DNA from: Enterobacterales bacterium endosymbiont of Anomoneura mori
Lineage (GTDB): Bacteria > Pseudomonadota > Gammaproteobacteria > Enterobacterales > Enterobacteriaceae_A
Assembly (NCBI RefSeq): GCF_047159375.1
Contig: NZ_AP031381.1
Span: 120,001 to 152,000, forward strand
Direction: 5' to 3'
Length of the DNA stretch: 32,000 bases
Under the pieces are notes generated by a model, which searched no databases, was not told the origin of the DNA, and worked only from the letters and a program-made list of their open reading frames with translations. The position numbers and the translations under genes were made by a program. Within the stretch, counting starts at the first letter, position 1. Every line of letters begins with the position of its first letter. Below, one piece after another: positions 9,619-19,225 of the stretch.

Positions 9619-12600
9619 TTATAAATTATTAAAAAATATTTTAATATTAGAATTTCCAACATAATTTTTTAATTCATTTAAAAATTTATTATTAATTTTA
9701 ATATTCCATTCATTATTGAAAAATTTTTTAGATATATTATTATTAATTTTGTAATTAAAATAAATTGGTATTTTACCTATTTCACATTTATTTAATAAAT
9801 TATAAATATATTTTGTTAATGTATTATTAATATCATCATTATCTAAAAAAATTATTAATTTATTAATATATTTTTCTCTTATTGTATCAATATTAATTAA
9901 TTCATATGCAATCATTTTTAATTTATTATTAAAATTATCAAAAAATATTTTTCCACTAACAATTAAAATTGAATTTTTTTTAATAATATTTTTATATTTA
10001 TTTAATATTTTACTATATAAAATAATTTCTAATTTTTCTGTTTGATCATCTAAAATACATATACCTATTTTATTATTTTTTTTAGTATATAAAATTTTAT
10101 AATAAATAACTATTCCTATAGCAATTTTAATTTCATTTTTTTTTGTAATACTTAAATTTTTTAAGAAAATTCCACCATTATAATATTTAATTTCTTCAAT
10201 ATACTGATTTATAGGATGATCTGATAAATATAAACCAAAAATTTCATATTCTTTTTCTAATATTATTTGTTTTGAATAAGGTATAAAATTATTATATTTT
10301 TTAATAATTTCATTTGGAATATTATTTGATGAATTTAACATATCTTTTTGACCAATTTTATTATATTTTGAATAATATTCTGTAATTTTTATTACATCAT
10401 TTAAAATATATATAAGAAAAGAACGATCTTGATTAATAGAATCAAAAGATCCTGAAAAAATCAATTTTTCAATTGTTTTTTTATTTACTTTTTGTTTATT
10501 TATACACATACAAAAATCAAAAAAATTTTTAAATTTTTTTTTTTCTTTTCTTTTTTTTATAATATATTTTACTATAGATTTACCTATACCTTTTATTGCT
10601 CCTAAACCATAAATTATTTCATTATTTTTATTAACATTAAATTGATATAAACTTTTATTAATATCTGGTGGTAAAATTTTTAATTTCATACGTTTACATT
10701 CGTTTATTAAATTAATTAATTTTTTTGAATTTTGAATTTCTGCAGTCATTACAGAAGACATAAATTCTGCTGGAAAATGTGTTTTTAACCATAATGTTTG
10801 ATAAGAAATTAATGAATATGCAACTGAATGTGATTTATTGAATCCATATCCAGCAAATTTTTTTAATAAATTAAAAATTTTTATTGATAATTTTTTATTT
10901 ATACCATTTTTAATAGATCCTTTAATAAAATTATTTTTTTCTTTAATTATTTTATTTAATTTTATTTTATTAATAGAACGATAAAATATATCTGCTGAAC
11001 CTAAAGTATATCCAGAAAAAATTTGAGCTATTTTAATAATTTGTTCTTGATATAAAATTATTCCATATGTAGATTTTAAAATAGGTTTTAAACATTTATG
11101 TTGACAATTTATATCAGGATATGAAACTTTTTCAATACCTTTTTTACGTTTAATATAATTATCAACCATTCCAGACTTTAAAGGTCCAGGACGAAATAGT
11201 GCTATTAATGATACAATATCATTAAAACAATTAGGACTAATTTTTTTTATTAAATCTTTCATACCATTAGATTCAAATTGAAAAATTGCAGTAGTTTCAG
11301 CACGTTTTAATAAATTGAAAGTTTTTTTATCATTTAATGAAATTTTTAAAATATTTATTTTTTTTTTAAAATTTATATTAATCATTTTTAATGTTAAATC
11401 AATAATTGTTAAAGTACGTAATCCTAAAAAATCAAATTTTACTAAACCAATACTTTCAATATCAATTTTATCAAATTGTGTTAATGGATTTTTACCTTCT
11501 GAATTATAAAATAATGGTGTAAAATTATTAATATTAGTAGGAGAAATTACTATACCTCCAGCATGTTTACTAATATTTCTAATAATTCCTTCTAATTTAC
11601 AAGATATATCAACTAATGATTTAACTTCTACATTTTCTTGATAAATTTTAAAAAATTGTGATTTCATTTTTAAAATTTTTTTAAAAGTTATACCTACATC
11701 TAAAGGTATTAATTTAGCAATTTTATCAATAAAATTATAAGAATAACCTAAAATTCTTCCTATATCTCTAATTGCAACCTTTGATGCTAAAGTACCAAAT
11801 GTAATAATTTGTGCAACTGATTTATCACCATAAATTTTTTTAATATGATTTATAACAAAATCACGTTTTTCAATACAAAAATCAATATCAAAATCTGGTA
11901 ATGAAATACGTTCTAAATTTAAAAATCTTTCAAAAATAAGATCAAATTTTATTGAATCAATATCTGTAATATTTAAACTAAAAGCTACTAATGAACCAGA
12001 TCCAGATCCTCTACCTGGACCAACTAATATGTTTCTATTTTTTGACCATTGTATAAATTCCATTATAATTAAAAAATAACTTGAAAATTTCATTTTATTA
12101 ATTGAATTTAATTCATTATCAATTCTAAAATAATATTTACTTCTAATAATTATATCTTTTTTATTTTTATAAGTTAAAAAAGAAATTTTTTTTTCTATAT
12201 TTTTTTTAGTTATAATATTTAAATATTCTGAATTTGATAATTTTTTATTTTTAAAAATAGGTAAAAAATATTTTCCAAATTTTATAATAACATTACAACG
12301 TTTTGAAATTTCAACACTATTTATTAAAGATTCAGGTATATCTTTAAATAAATTACACATTTCTTCTTCACTACGTAAATATTGGTTTTTATTATATTTT
12401 TTAATTTTAAAATTATTATTTAAATTATTAATATTCATACGAATTTTATGTGCATTAAAATCTGTTTTTTTTAAAAAACAAACATCATTAGTAGCAACTA
12501 AAGGTAAATCTCTAATTTCTGAAATAGTTAAAATTTTATTTATATATTTTTCTTCTTTTAATCTTCCAGTACGGAAAATTTCTAAATAATAATTATTTAA

Positions 12601-13083
12601 AAAATATTTTTGATAAAAATCTAATGTATAATTAACTTGATTATAATTTTTTTTTAAAATTAATTTTCCAATATCTCCATAACAACCTCCAGATAAAATT
12701 ATTAAACCATAATTATAATATTTTAATAAATTATAATTAATAATTGGTCCAAAAAAATTATTAAAACCCTTTTTATAAGAATTTGTAATAATTTTTTTAA
12801 GATTATTATATCCTTCATTATTAGATGCTAATATAGTAATTTGTGATATTTCGTTATTAATATTTTTAATATAAAAATCAGCTCCAATAATAGGTTTTAT
12901 ATTATATTTACATGAATATTTATAAAATTTAATAATTCCAAAAATATTATTAAGATCTGTTAATGCTATAGAATTCATATTTAATTTTAAAATATTTTTA
13001 ATTAATTTTTTTATTTTAATTAATCCATCAATTAAAGTATAATCACTATGTATACGTAAATGAATAAACTTATTATTTTTCAT
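9619..13083 (-). CDS. dnaE: DNA polymerase III alpha subunit
   Basis: 1154-aa ORF. It has the N-terminal PHP motif FIHLRIHSDYTLIDGL, the palm region GPGRGSGSGSLVAFSLNITDIDSIKFDLIFERFLNLERISLPDFDIDF, and FNKSHSVAYSLISYQTLWLKTHFPAEFM. Its length is close to that of E. coli DnaE. Confidence 0.97.
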   Translation of the reverse strand: MKNNKFIHLRIHSDYTLIDGLIKIKKLIKNILKLNMNSIALTDLNNIFGIIKFYKYSCKYNIKPIIGADFYIKNINNEISQITILASNNEGYNNLKKIITNSYKKGFNNFFGPIINYNLLKYYNYGLIILSGGCYGDIGKLILKKNYNQVNYTLDFYQKYFLNNYYLEIFRTGRLKEEKYINKILTISEIRDLPLVATNDVCFLKKTDFNAHKIRMNINNLNNNFKIKKYNKNQYLRSEEEMCNLFKDIPESLINSVEISKRCNVIIKFGKYFLPIFKNKKLSNSEYLNIITKKNIEKKISFLTYKNKKDIIIRSKYYFRIDNELNSINKMKFSSYFLIIMEFIQWSKNRNILVGPGRGSGSGSLVAFSLNITDIDSIKFDLIFERFLNLERISLPDFDIDFCIEKRDFVINHIKKIYGDKSVAQIITFGTLASKVAIRDIGRILGYSYNFIDKIAKLIPLDVGITFKKILKMKSQFFKIYQENVEVKSLVDISCKLEGIIRNISKHAGGIVISPTNINNFTPLFYNSEGKNPLTQFDKIDIESIGLVKFDFLGLRTLTIIDLTLKMININFKKKINILKISLNDKKTFNLLKRAETTAIFQFESNGMKDLIKKISPNCFNDIVSLIALFRPGPLKSGMVDNYIKRKKGIEKVSYPDINCQHKCLKPILKSTYGIILYQEQIIKIAQIFSGYTLGSADIFYRSINKIKLNKIIKEKNNFIKGSIKNGINKKLSIKIFNLLKKFAGYGFNKSHSVAYSLISYQTLWLKTHFPAEFMSSVMTAEIQNSKKLINLINECKRMKLKILPPDINKSLYQFNVNKNNEIIYGLGAIKGIGKSIVKYIIKKRKEKKKFKNFFDFCMCINKQKVNKKTIEKLIFSGSFDSINQDRSFLIYILNDVIKITEYYSKYNKIGQKDMLNSSNNIPNEIIKKYNNFIPYSKQIILEKEYEIFGLYLSDHPINQYIEEIKYYNGGIFLKNLSITKKNEIKIAIGIVIYYKILYTKKNNKIGICILDDQTEKLEIILYSKILNKYKNIIKKNSILIVSGKIFFDNFNNKLKMIAYELINIDTIREKYINKLIIFLDNDDINNTLTKYIYNLLNKCEIGKIPIYFNYKINNNISKKFFNNEWNIKINNKFLNELKNYVGNSNIKIFFNNL

Positions 13084-13104
13084 ATATTTTAAAATATATA
13101 AATA

Positions 13105-13662
13105 TTATATTTTAATTAAATTTTTTATTTTATTAATTGATTTTAAATTAATTTTTTCAACATATTTATCAGTAAATTTTTGTATTTCTTTAGTTGTTTG
13201 GTTTTTTTCATCTAAATTAATTATTTTATTTTTAAATAAATTTTTAATTTTTAAATTAAAAATACGTCGAATTTTTCTAATACCAATTTTATTTTTTTCT
13301 GATTCAAAATTTACATTTTTAATTAATTCTTTTCTTCTATCTTCATTAATTTTTGGTAAAATTATTATTATATCTTTATTAGAAATCATTACATTTAAAT
13401 TTAATTTAGATTTTAAAATTGTATTTTTTACTTCTTTAATTAAAGAAATATCAAATAAATTAACTTTAATAGTATTATAATTTCTAATTGTTATATGAGA
13501 TAATTTATTTAATTTAGTATTTACACCATGATAATTAATTAAAATATTATCTAATATATTAGTAGAAGCAGGTCCTATAAAAAATTTATTTATATCTTTT
13601 TTAAAATTTTTATAAATTTTTTCCATATGTTTATTATTTTTTTCTATAATTTTTTTTAACAT
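13105..13662 (-). CDS. frr: ribosome recycling factor
   Basis: 185-aa ORF of the size and layout of RRF. It contains the ...LNKLSHITIRNYNTIKVNLFD... and ...ILPKINEDRRKELIK...E..K..IR..RR... blocks. It lies downstream of tsf as in E. coli, but without pyrH. Confidence 0.92.
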   Translation of the reverse strand: MLKKIIEKNNKHMEKIYKNFKKDINKFFIGPASTNILDNILINYHGVNTKLNKLSHITIRNYNTIKVNLFDISLIKEVKNTILKSKLNLNVMISNKDIIIILPKINEDRRKELIKNVNFESEKNKIGIRKIRRIFNLKIKNLFKNKIINLDEKNQTTKEIQKFTDKYVEKINLKSINKIKNLIKI

Positions 13663-13763
13663 TTTACTCTTTAAAAAAAAATTATTAAAAATATTAAAAA
13701 TATTAAATATTAAAATTTTTTAAAAATAAATATTTATAAATATTTTAATTATTTTTAAAATAT

Positions 13764-14555
13764 TTAATTTTTTCCAAGTTCATATAATATAAAATTATAT
13801 ATAATAGAATTTTTTTTATGTAATATTTCTTTAATATTTTTATTTGTATCAAAAATAAATTGTTGATTAAATAAAGTTAAAGTTTTAATATATTTATTAA
13901 TTTTACCAAATAATATTTTTTTAAAAAAAATTTTTTTTTTTTTCTTATTTAATATATTACTATATATTTTAAATTCATTAACAATTAAATTATATTTTAT
14001 ATTTTCTAAATTAATAAATTCTGGTTTACTTGCAGCTATATGCATAGCAATTTTTTTTAATATATTTTTTTTAATATATTTAGCTTTTATTATTACACAT
14101 ATTCTATTGTTATGTACATATGATTCTATAATATTTCCTTTAAATATATTAAAATGTTTAATAATTATATTTTCTTTAATTTTATTATATATATCTATAA
14201 TTTCATTTTTAAAAAATTTTTTTAATTCTTCAATTGTTTTAATTTTATTATTTAAAATATTATTTAAAATATTATAAAAAAAATTTTTAAATTCAATACT
14301 TTTAGAAGCATAATCAGTTTGACAATTAATTTCTAAAACTATTATATAATTTTTTTTTTTTTTAATATCTATAATACCATTATTCAATATAATATTATTT
14401 TTTTTAAAAATATTTAATATTCCAGATTTTCTCATTTCAATAATTGCATTTTCTATATTTCCGTTAGATATAATTAATGATTTTTTACATTCAATTAAAC
14501 TAACACCAGTAATATTTCTTAATTTTTTAATATTTTCAATTTTTATTTTTAACAT
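13764..14555 (-). CDS. tsf: elongation factor Ts
   Basis: 263-aa ORF. It has the N-terminal UBA-like block IKKLRNITGVSLIECKKSLIISNGNIENAIIEMRKSG, and later LEINCQTDYASKS.EF and MHIAASKPEFI. It is immediately downstream of rpsB. Confidence 0.94.
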   Translation of the reverse strand: MLKIKIENIKKLRNITGVSLIECKKSLIISNGNIENAIIEMRKSGILNIFKKNNIILNNGIIDIKKKKNYIIVLEINCQTDYASKSIEFKNFFYNILNNILNNKIKTIEELKKFFKNEIIDIYNKIKENIIIKHFNIFKGNIIESYVHNNRICVIIKAKYIKKNILKKIAMHIAASKPEFINLENIKYNLIVNEFKIYSNILNKKKKKIFFKKILFGKINKYIKTLTLFNQQFIFDTNKNIKEILHKKNSIIYNFILYELGKN

Positions 14556-14606
14556 ATTTTTTTATAAATATTAATTAATATTAAAAATATTTTAAATATT
14601 TAATAA

Positions 14607-15296
14607 TTAATTTATTTTATTATAACCTTTTAAAATTGCTATAGATACTTTATTTAAATAAAAATTTATAGCATTTATTGAATCATCATTACCAGGAATA
14701 ATATAATTAATACCATCAATATTTGAATTTGTATCAACAATTGAAAAAACTTTAATACCCAATTGATTTGCTTCTTTAATTGCAATTTTTTCATAATTCG
14801 AATCAATAACAAAAATAGCATCTGGTAATTTTTTCATATTTTTAATACCACATAAAAAATTATTTAATCTATTATATTTATTAATATATTTTGATGATTC
14901 TTTTTTAGTTAATTTTTTAAAATTTTCATTTTTTAAATTAATTTCTAAATTTTTAAATTTTTTTATTAATTTATTAATAGTTTTCCAATTAGTAAATGTT
15001 CCACCTAACCAACGATAATTAACATAAAATTGATTACAATTATTTGCATATATTTTAATCAATTTACTTGAAATATGTTTAGTTCCAATAAATAAAATTT
15101 TTCCTTTTTTAGAAGAAATTTTAATAAGTTCGTTTATTGCATTATTAAACATTAATAAAGTTTTTTCTAAATTAATAATATGTATTTTATTTTTTATACC
15201 ATATATATAAGGTTTCATTTTTGGATTCCAATAACGAACATGATGTCCAAAATGTATTCCAACTTTAATCATATCATATATTGATATTTTAAACAT
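14607..15296 (-). CDS. rpsB: 30S ribosomal protein S2
   Basis: 229-aa ORF containing MIKVGIHFGHHVRYWNPKMKPYIYG..N.IHIINLEKT, FIGTK and YVNYRWLGGTFTNW, all S2 blocks. Confidence 0.97.
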   Translation of the reverse strand: MFKISIYDMIKVGIHFGHHVRYWNPKMKPYIYGIKNKIHIINLEKTLLMFNNAINELIKISSKKGKILFIGTKHISSKLIKIYANNCNQFYVNYRWLGGTFTNWKTINKLIKKFKNLEINLKNENFKKLTKKESSKYINKYNRLNNFLCGIKNMKKLPDAIFVIDSNYEKIAIKEANQLGIKVFSIVDTNSNIDGINYIIPGNDDSINAINFYLNKVSIAILKGYNKIN

Positions 15297-15396
15297 TAAT
15301 AAATTCCATTTTTATTTTTTTAAAAATATTATTATAATTAATAACTTTAAAAATATATAATAAATTTTATAAATTTTTAATTTTTTTTAAAATAAA

Positions 15397-16179
15397 ATGA
15401 TAATTAAAAATTTTAAAGAAATTAAAAAAATACGTATTGCTTGTTCTTTAGCTTCAAAAGTATTAGAAAATATTAAAAAATATATTAAACCAGGTATAAC
15501 AACTGAAAATTTAGATAAAATTTGTAATATATATATAATTAAAAAACTTAATTCAATTCCAGCATGTTTAGGATATAATGGTTTTCCAAAATCTGTATGT
15601 ATATCAGTAAATGATGTTGTTTGCCATGGAATTCCAAAAAATAATCAAAAACTTAAAACAGGAGATATAGTTAATATTGATGTAACTATTTTAAAAAATG
15701 GTTTTTTTGGAGATACTTCAAAAATGTTTATAGTAGGTAAAACAAATAATTCAAATAAATTATTATGTAATATAGCAAAAAAAAGTTTATATTTATCAAT
15801 ATATAAAATTAAACCAGGAATTAAATTAAATATAATAGGTAATACAATAGAAAAATTTATTAAATCTAAAAAAATATATTCTATTGTTAAAGATTATTGT
15901 GGTCATGGAATAGGTAAAAAATTTCATGAATTGCCTCAAATTTTACATTTTAAAACAAAAAAAAATAATTTAATTTTAAAAAAAGGTATGATTTTTACTA
16001 TTGAACCTATGATTAATTTAGGTAAAAAAGAAGTTATTATTTCAAAAGATGGTTGGACAGTTAAAACAAAAGATAAAAGTTTATCAGCACAATATGAACA
16101 TACAATATTAGTTACATTAAATGGATGTGAAATAATGACTTTACGTAAAGATGAAAATATTCCTAAAATAATAACATAA
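15397..16179 (+). CDS. map: methionine aminopeptidase (type I)
   Basis: 260-aa ORF. Metal-ligand contexts are preserved: VCHGIP, GDIVNIDVT..KNGFFGDTSKMF, CGHGIG, FTIEPM and SAQYEHTILVT. It is divergent from rpsB as in E. coli. Confidence 0.96.
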   Translation: MIIKNFKEIKKIRIACSLASKVLENIKKYIKPGITTENLDKICNIYIIKKLNSIPACLGYNGFPKSVCISVNDVVCHGIPKNNQKLKTGDIVNIDVTILKNGFFGDTSKMFIVGKTNNSNKLLCNIAKKSLYLSIYKIKPGIKLNIIGNTIEKFIKSKKIYSIVKDYCGHGIGKKFHELPQILHFKTKKNNLILKKGMIFTIEPMINLGKKEVIISKDGWTVKTKDKSLSAQYEHTILVTLNGCEIMTLRKDENIPKIIT

Positions 16180-16270
16180 AATATTTATTTTTAAAAAATT
16201 ATTTAATAAAATAAAAAAAATATTTTTTATATAATTAAAATTAAATTATTTTAAAATATTTAAGAGAATA

Positions 16271-17992
16271 ATGTTTATTAGTAAATATTTATTATCTACT
16301 ATGAAAAATAAACCTATTAATACAGAAACAATAAGTCATGAATTAATGTTAAAAACTGGAATGATACGTAAATTATTTTCTGGATCCTATGCTTGGTTAC
16401 CTACAGGAATTAAAGTACTAAAAAAAATAAAAAAAATTATTTGTGAAGAAATGAATAAAATTGAAGCACTTGAAATTAATATTCCTATAATGCAATCTGC
16501 AAATTTATGGAAAAAAAGTAAACGTTTTAAAAATTTTGGTTTAGAATTAATAAAATTATATGATAGAAAAAATAAATTATTTATTTTAAGTCCAACTAAC
16601 GAAGAAATTATAAATAAAATATTAAAAAATGAAATTAATTCATATAAACAATTGCCAATAAAATTTTATCAAATTAAAACTAAATTTAGAGATGAAATAC
16701 GCCCACGTTTTGGAATAATTAGAACAAAAGAATTTATTATGAAAGATGCTTATTCATTTCATGAAAATTATAAATGTTTAAAAAAAACATATAATAATAT
16801 TTTAAATACTTATATTAAAATTTTTAAAAGAATTGGTTTAATTTTTTGTATTTTAAAAGCTGATACAGGTCAAATTGGTGGTAATTTATCTCATGAATTT
16901 TATATTTTATCTAAAAATGGAGAAAAAAAAATAATATTTTGTAATAAATTTAATTCTGTTAGTAATATTAATAATATAAAAATAATTAAACCTAATATTT
17001 TAAATACTATTTTTTATATTGAAAAAAAAAGAATTTTAAATTTTTTAAATAATTTTAAAATTAATAAAATAATTAAAAATTTTAATATACCTAAAAAAAA
17101 AATAGTTAAAATTATTTTATTAAAATCAAATATCAAAAATAAATTAACAGCTTTATTAATTCGTGAAGATCATAATTTAAATATTATTAAAATATTAAAG
17201 TTTAAAAATATTTATAAACCATTAATTTTTATAAAAGAAGAAGAAGTTAATAATTTATTAAAAAAAAATAATAATTCAATTAAATCTTTTTTTAAAAATA
17301 TTGATATTATTGTTGATTATAGTGTTATAGTAATAAAAAATTTTATTATAAAATTTAATAAAAATAAAAAAATTTTTTTTGGAGTTAATTTTAAACGTGA
17401 TTTACCTTTAATTAAAATTGATGATTTACGTAATTTTAATTATGAAGAATTTAATAAAAAATATAAAAAAAAATTAATTATAAAAAAAGGTATAGAAATT
17501 GGTCATATATTTCAAATAGGTACAAAATATTCTAATATAATTAAAAATAAAATTGTAAATAAATTTGGTTTAGAAAAAAAAATAAATATGGGTTGTTATG
17601 GTATTGGAATTACTAGATTAGTAGCTGCTATTATAGAACAAAATTATGATAAAAAAGGTATTATTTGGTCTAATGAAATAGCACCTTTTCAAATTTCAAT
17701 ATTACCAATAAATTTTCATAAAAATAAAAATGTTAAAAATATAACATATAAAATATATAAAAAATTATATAATAAAAAAATTGATGTTATTATAGATGAT
17801 AGAAATGAACAATTAGGAGTAATGTTTAAAGATACTGAATTAATTGGAATACCACATATATTAATAATAAATGATAAAATTTGTAAAAATGGTTTTATAG
17901 AATATAAAAATAGAATAAAACAAAAGACAATATTTTTAAAATTAGATTATATTAATAATTTTTTATTAAATATTTTAAAAAAAAAATATTAA
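16271..17992 (+). CDS. proS: prolyl-tRNA synthetase (bacterial type with insertion domain)
   Basis: 573-aa ORF. It starts MFISKYLLSTMKN.P...E.ISHELMLKTGMIRKL.SG.Y.WLPTG. Class II motifs FRDEIRPRFGIIRTKEFIMKDAYSF, GIEIGHIFQIGTKYS and GCYGIGITRLVAAIIEQNYD are present. It is collinear with E. coli ProRS (572 aa). Confidence 0.96.
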   Translation: MFISKYLLSTMKNKPINTETISHELMLKTGMIRKLFSGSYAWLPTGIKVLKKIKKIICEEMNKIEALEINIPIMQSANLWKKSKRFKNFGLELIKLYDRKNKLFILSPTNEEIINKILKNEINSYKQLPIKFYQIKTKFRDEIRPRFGIIRTKEFIMKDAYSFHENYKCLKKTYNNILNTYIKIFKRIGLIFCILKADTGQIGGNLSHEFYILSKNGEKKIIFCNKFNSVSNINNIKIIKPNILNTIFYIEKKRILNFLNNFKINKIIKNFNIPKKKIVKIILLKSNIKNKLTALLIREDHNLNIIKILKFKNIYKPLIFIKEEEVNNLLKKNNNSIKSFFKNIDIIVDYSVIVIKNFIIKFNKNKKIFFGVNFKRDLPLIKIDDLRNFNYEEFNKKYKKKLIIKKGIEIGHIFQIGTKYSNIIKNKIVNKFGLEKKINMGCYGIGITRLVAAIIEQNYDKKGIIWSNEIAPFQISILPINFHKNKNVKNITYKIYKKLYNKKIDVIIDDRNEQLGVMFKDTELIGIPHILIINDKICKNGFIEYKNRIKQKTIFLKLDYINNFLLNILKKKY

Positions 17993-18074
17993 ATATTTAA
18001 TATGTTTAATTATTATTTATTTAAATATTTAAATTTTAAAAAAAATTTTATAAACTTTATAATTAATTTTAAAT

Positions 18075-18338
18075 ATGATAAAAATTAAATTAAAAAAAAT
18101 AGGAAATAAAAAAAATCCATTTTATAAATTAATAGTAACAGATAAACGTAATTCATGCAATGGAAAATTTATAGAATGTATAGGATATTTTAATCCTATT
18201 AATATTTATAAAAAAAAAAATATAAATATTTGTGAAAAACGTTTAGAATATTGGAAAAAAATAGGTATAAATATTTCTCATCGTATAAAAAAAATAATTA
18301 AAATTTTTAAAATAAATAATATAAATAATGAAATATAA
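18075..18338 (+). CDS. rpsP: 30S ribosomal protein S16
   Basis: 87-aa ORF. MIKIKLKKIGNKKNPFYKLIVTDKRNSCNGKFIE.IGYFNP is the S16 N-terminal signature. Confidence 0.95.
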   Translation: MIKIKLKKIGNKKNPFYKLIVTDKRNSCNGKFIECIGYFNPINIYKKKNINICEKRLEYWKKIGINISHRIKKIIKIFKINNINNEI

Positions 18339-18825
18339 TATACCTAAAAAACCTATTATTGTTGGTAAAATAGGTGGAAATTATAAAAATTTTGAATTAT
18401 TAAAATTATTTTCTTTTACTGAAAAAAAAGAAAATATATTAAAATATAAACCATTATATATTAAAAAAAAAAAATGGAAAATAATTATATTTAAAAAATA
18501 TATTATAAAAAAAAGAAAAATTATAATAAAAATTAAAAATATAAATAATAGAAATAAAACAAAATTATTAATTAATAAAAAAATTTATATTGATTTTAAT
18601 ATATTATTAAATTTAAATAATCAAAATTATTATTGGAAAAATATTTTAGGATGTAAAGTAATAAATTCAAATAATTATATTATTGGAAAAGTTAAAAAAA
18701 TTTTAAAAACTGGATCAAATGATGTTTTAATTATTAAAAAAAAATTTGAAATTATGATACCATTTGTTAAAAATTATACAATTAAAAAAGTTGATATAAA
18801 ATTAAAAATAATAAAATTAATTTAA
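18328..18825 (+). CDS. rimM: 16S rRNA processing protein RimM
   Basis: 165-aa ORF. PIIVGKIGGNYKNFELLKLFSFTEKKENILKYKP, NYYWKNILGCKVIN..N..IGKV..ILKTGSNDVLII and IPFV.NYTIKKVD follow E. coli RimM. It overlaps rpsP by 11 nt. Confidence 0.92.
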   Translation: MKYNIPKKPIIVGKIGGNYKNFELLKLFSFTEKKENILKYKPLYIKKKKWKIIIFKKYIIKKRKIIIKIKNINNRNKTKLLINKKIYIDFNILLNLNNQNYYWKNILGCKVINSNNYIIGKVKKILKTGSNDVLIIKKKFEIMIPFVKNYTIKKVDIKLKIIKLI

Positions 18826-18855
18826 TTTTAAAAATATTAATTAATATAAGGAAAA

Positions 18856-19197
18856 ATGAAAAATATTATTCAAAATTTTGAAAAAACACAAATTAATAAA
18901 AATATACCTTTTTTAAGTACAGGAAATTATGTAAAAGTAAAATTATGGATTCTTGATGAAAAAAAAAAAAGAATTCAAACATTTGAAGGTGTAATAATAG
19001 CTATTAAAAATAGAGGTTTAAATAGTTCTTTTACTGTTCGTAAAATTATTAATAATGAAGGTGTTGAAAGAGTATTTCAAACACATTCAAAAATAATTAA
19101 TGAAATTATAATTATTCGTAAAGGAATAATTAGAAAATCTAAACTTTATTATTTACGTAATATTAAAACTAAAAATACTTATGCTTTTGAAAAATAA
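18856..19197 (+). CDS. rplS: 50S ribosomal protein L19
   Basis: 113-aa ORF. FLSTGNYVKVKLWILDEKKKRIQTFEGVIIAIKNRGLNSSFTVRKI.NNEGVERVFQTHS and KLYYLRN are L19 blocks. AAGGA lies upstream of the ATG. Confidence 0.96.
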   Translation: MKNIIQNFEKTQINKNIPFLSTGNYVKVKLWILDEKKKRIQTFEGVIIAIKNRGLNSSFTVRKIINNEGVERVFQTHSKIINEIIIIRKGIIRKSKLYYLRNIKTKNTYAFEK

Positions 19198-19225
19198 AAT
19201 ATTTAAATAATTATATTTTTAAAAA

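Noticed and set aside
13681-13720. Short tandem ATTAAAAAT/ATTAAAT repeats in the tsf-frr spacer.
   Set aside because: This is low-complexity A/T sequence with only 2-4 imperfect copies. There is no spacer-repeat architecture, so it is not a CRISPR array and not a convincing regulatory repeat.
14567-14582. Perfect 16-bp palindrome AATATTAATTAATATT in the rpsB-tsf spacer, considered as an attenuator, terminator or operator.
   Set aside because: A/T-only palindromes of this size are expected by chance in near-pure A/T spacers. The hairpin would be very weak, and nothing else supports a function.
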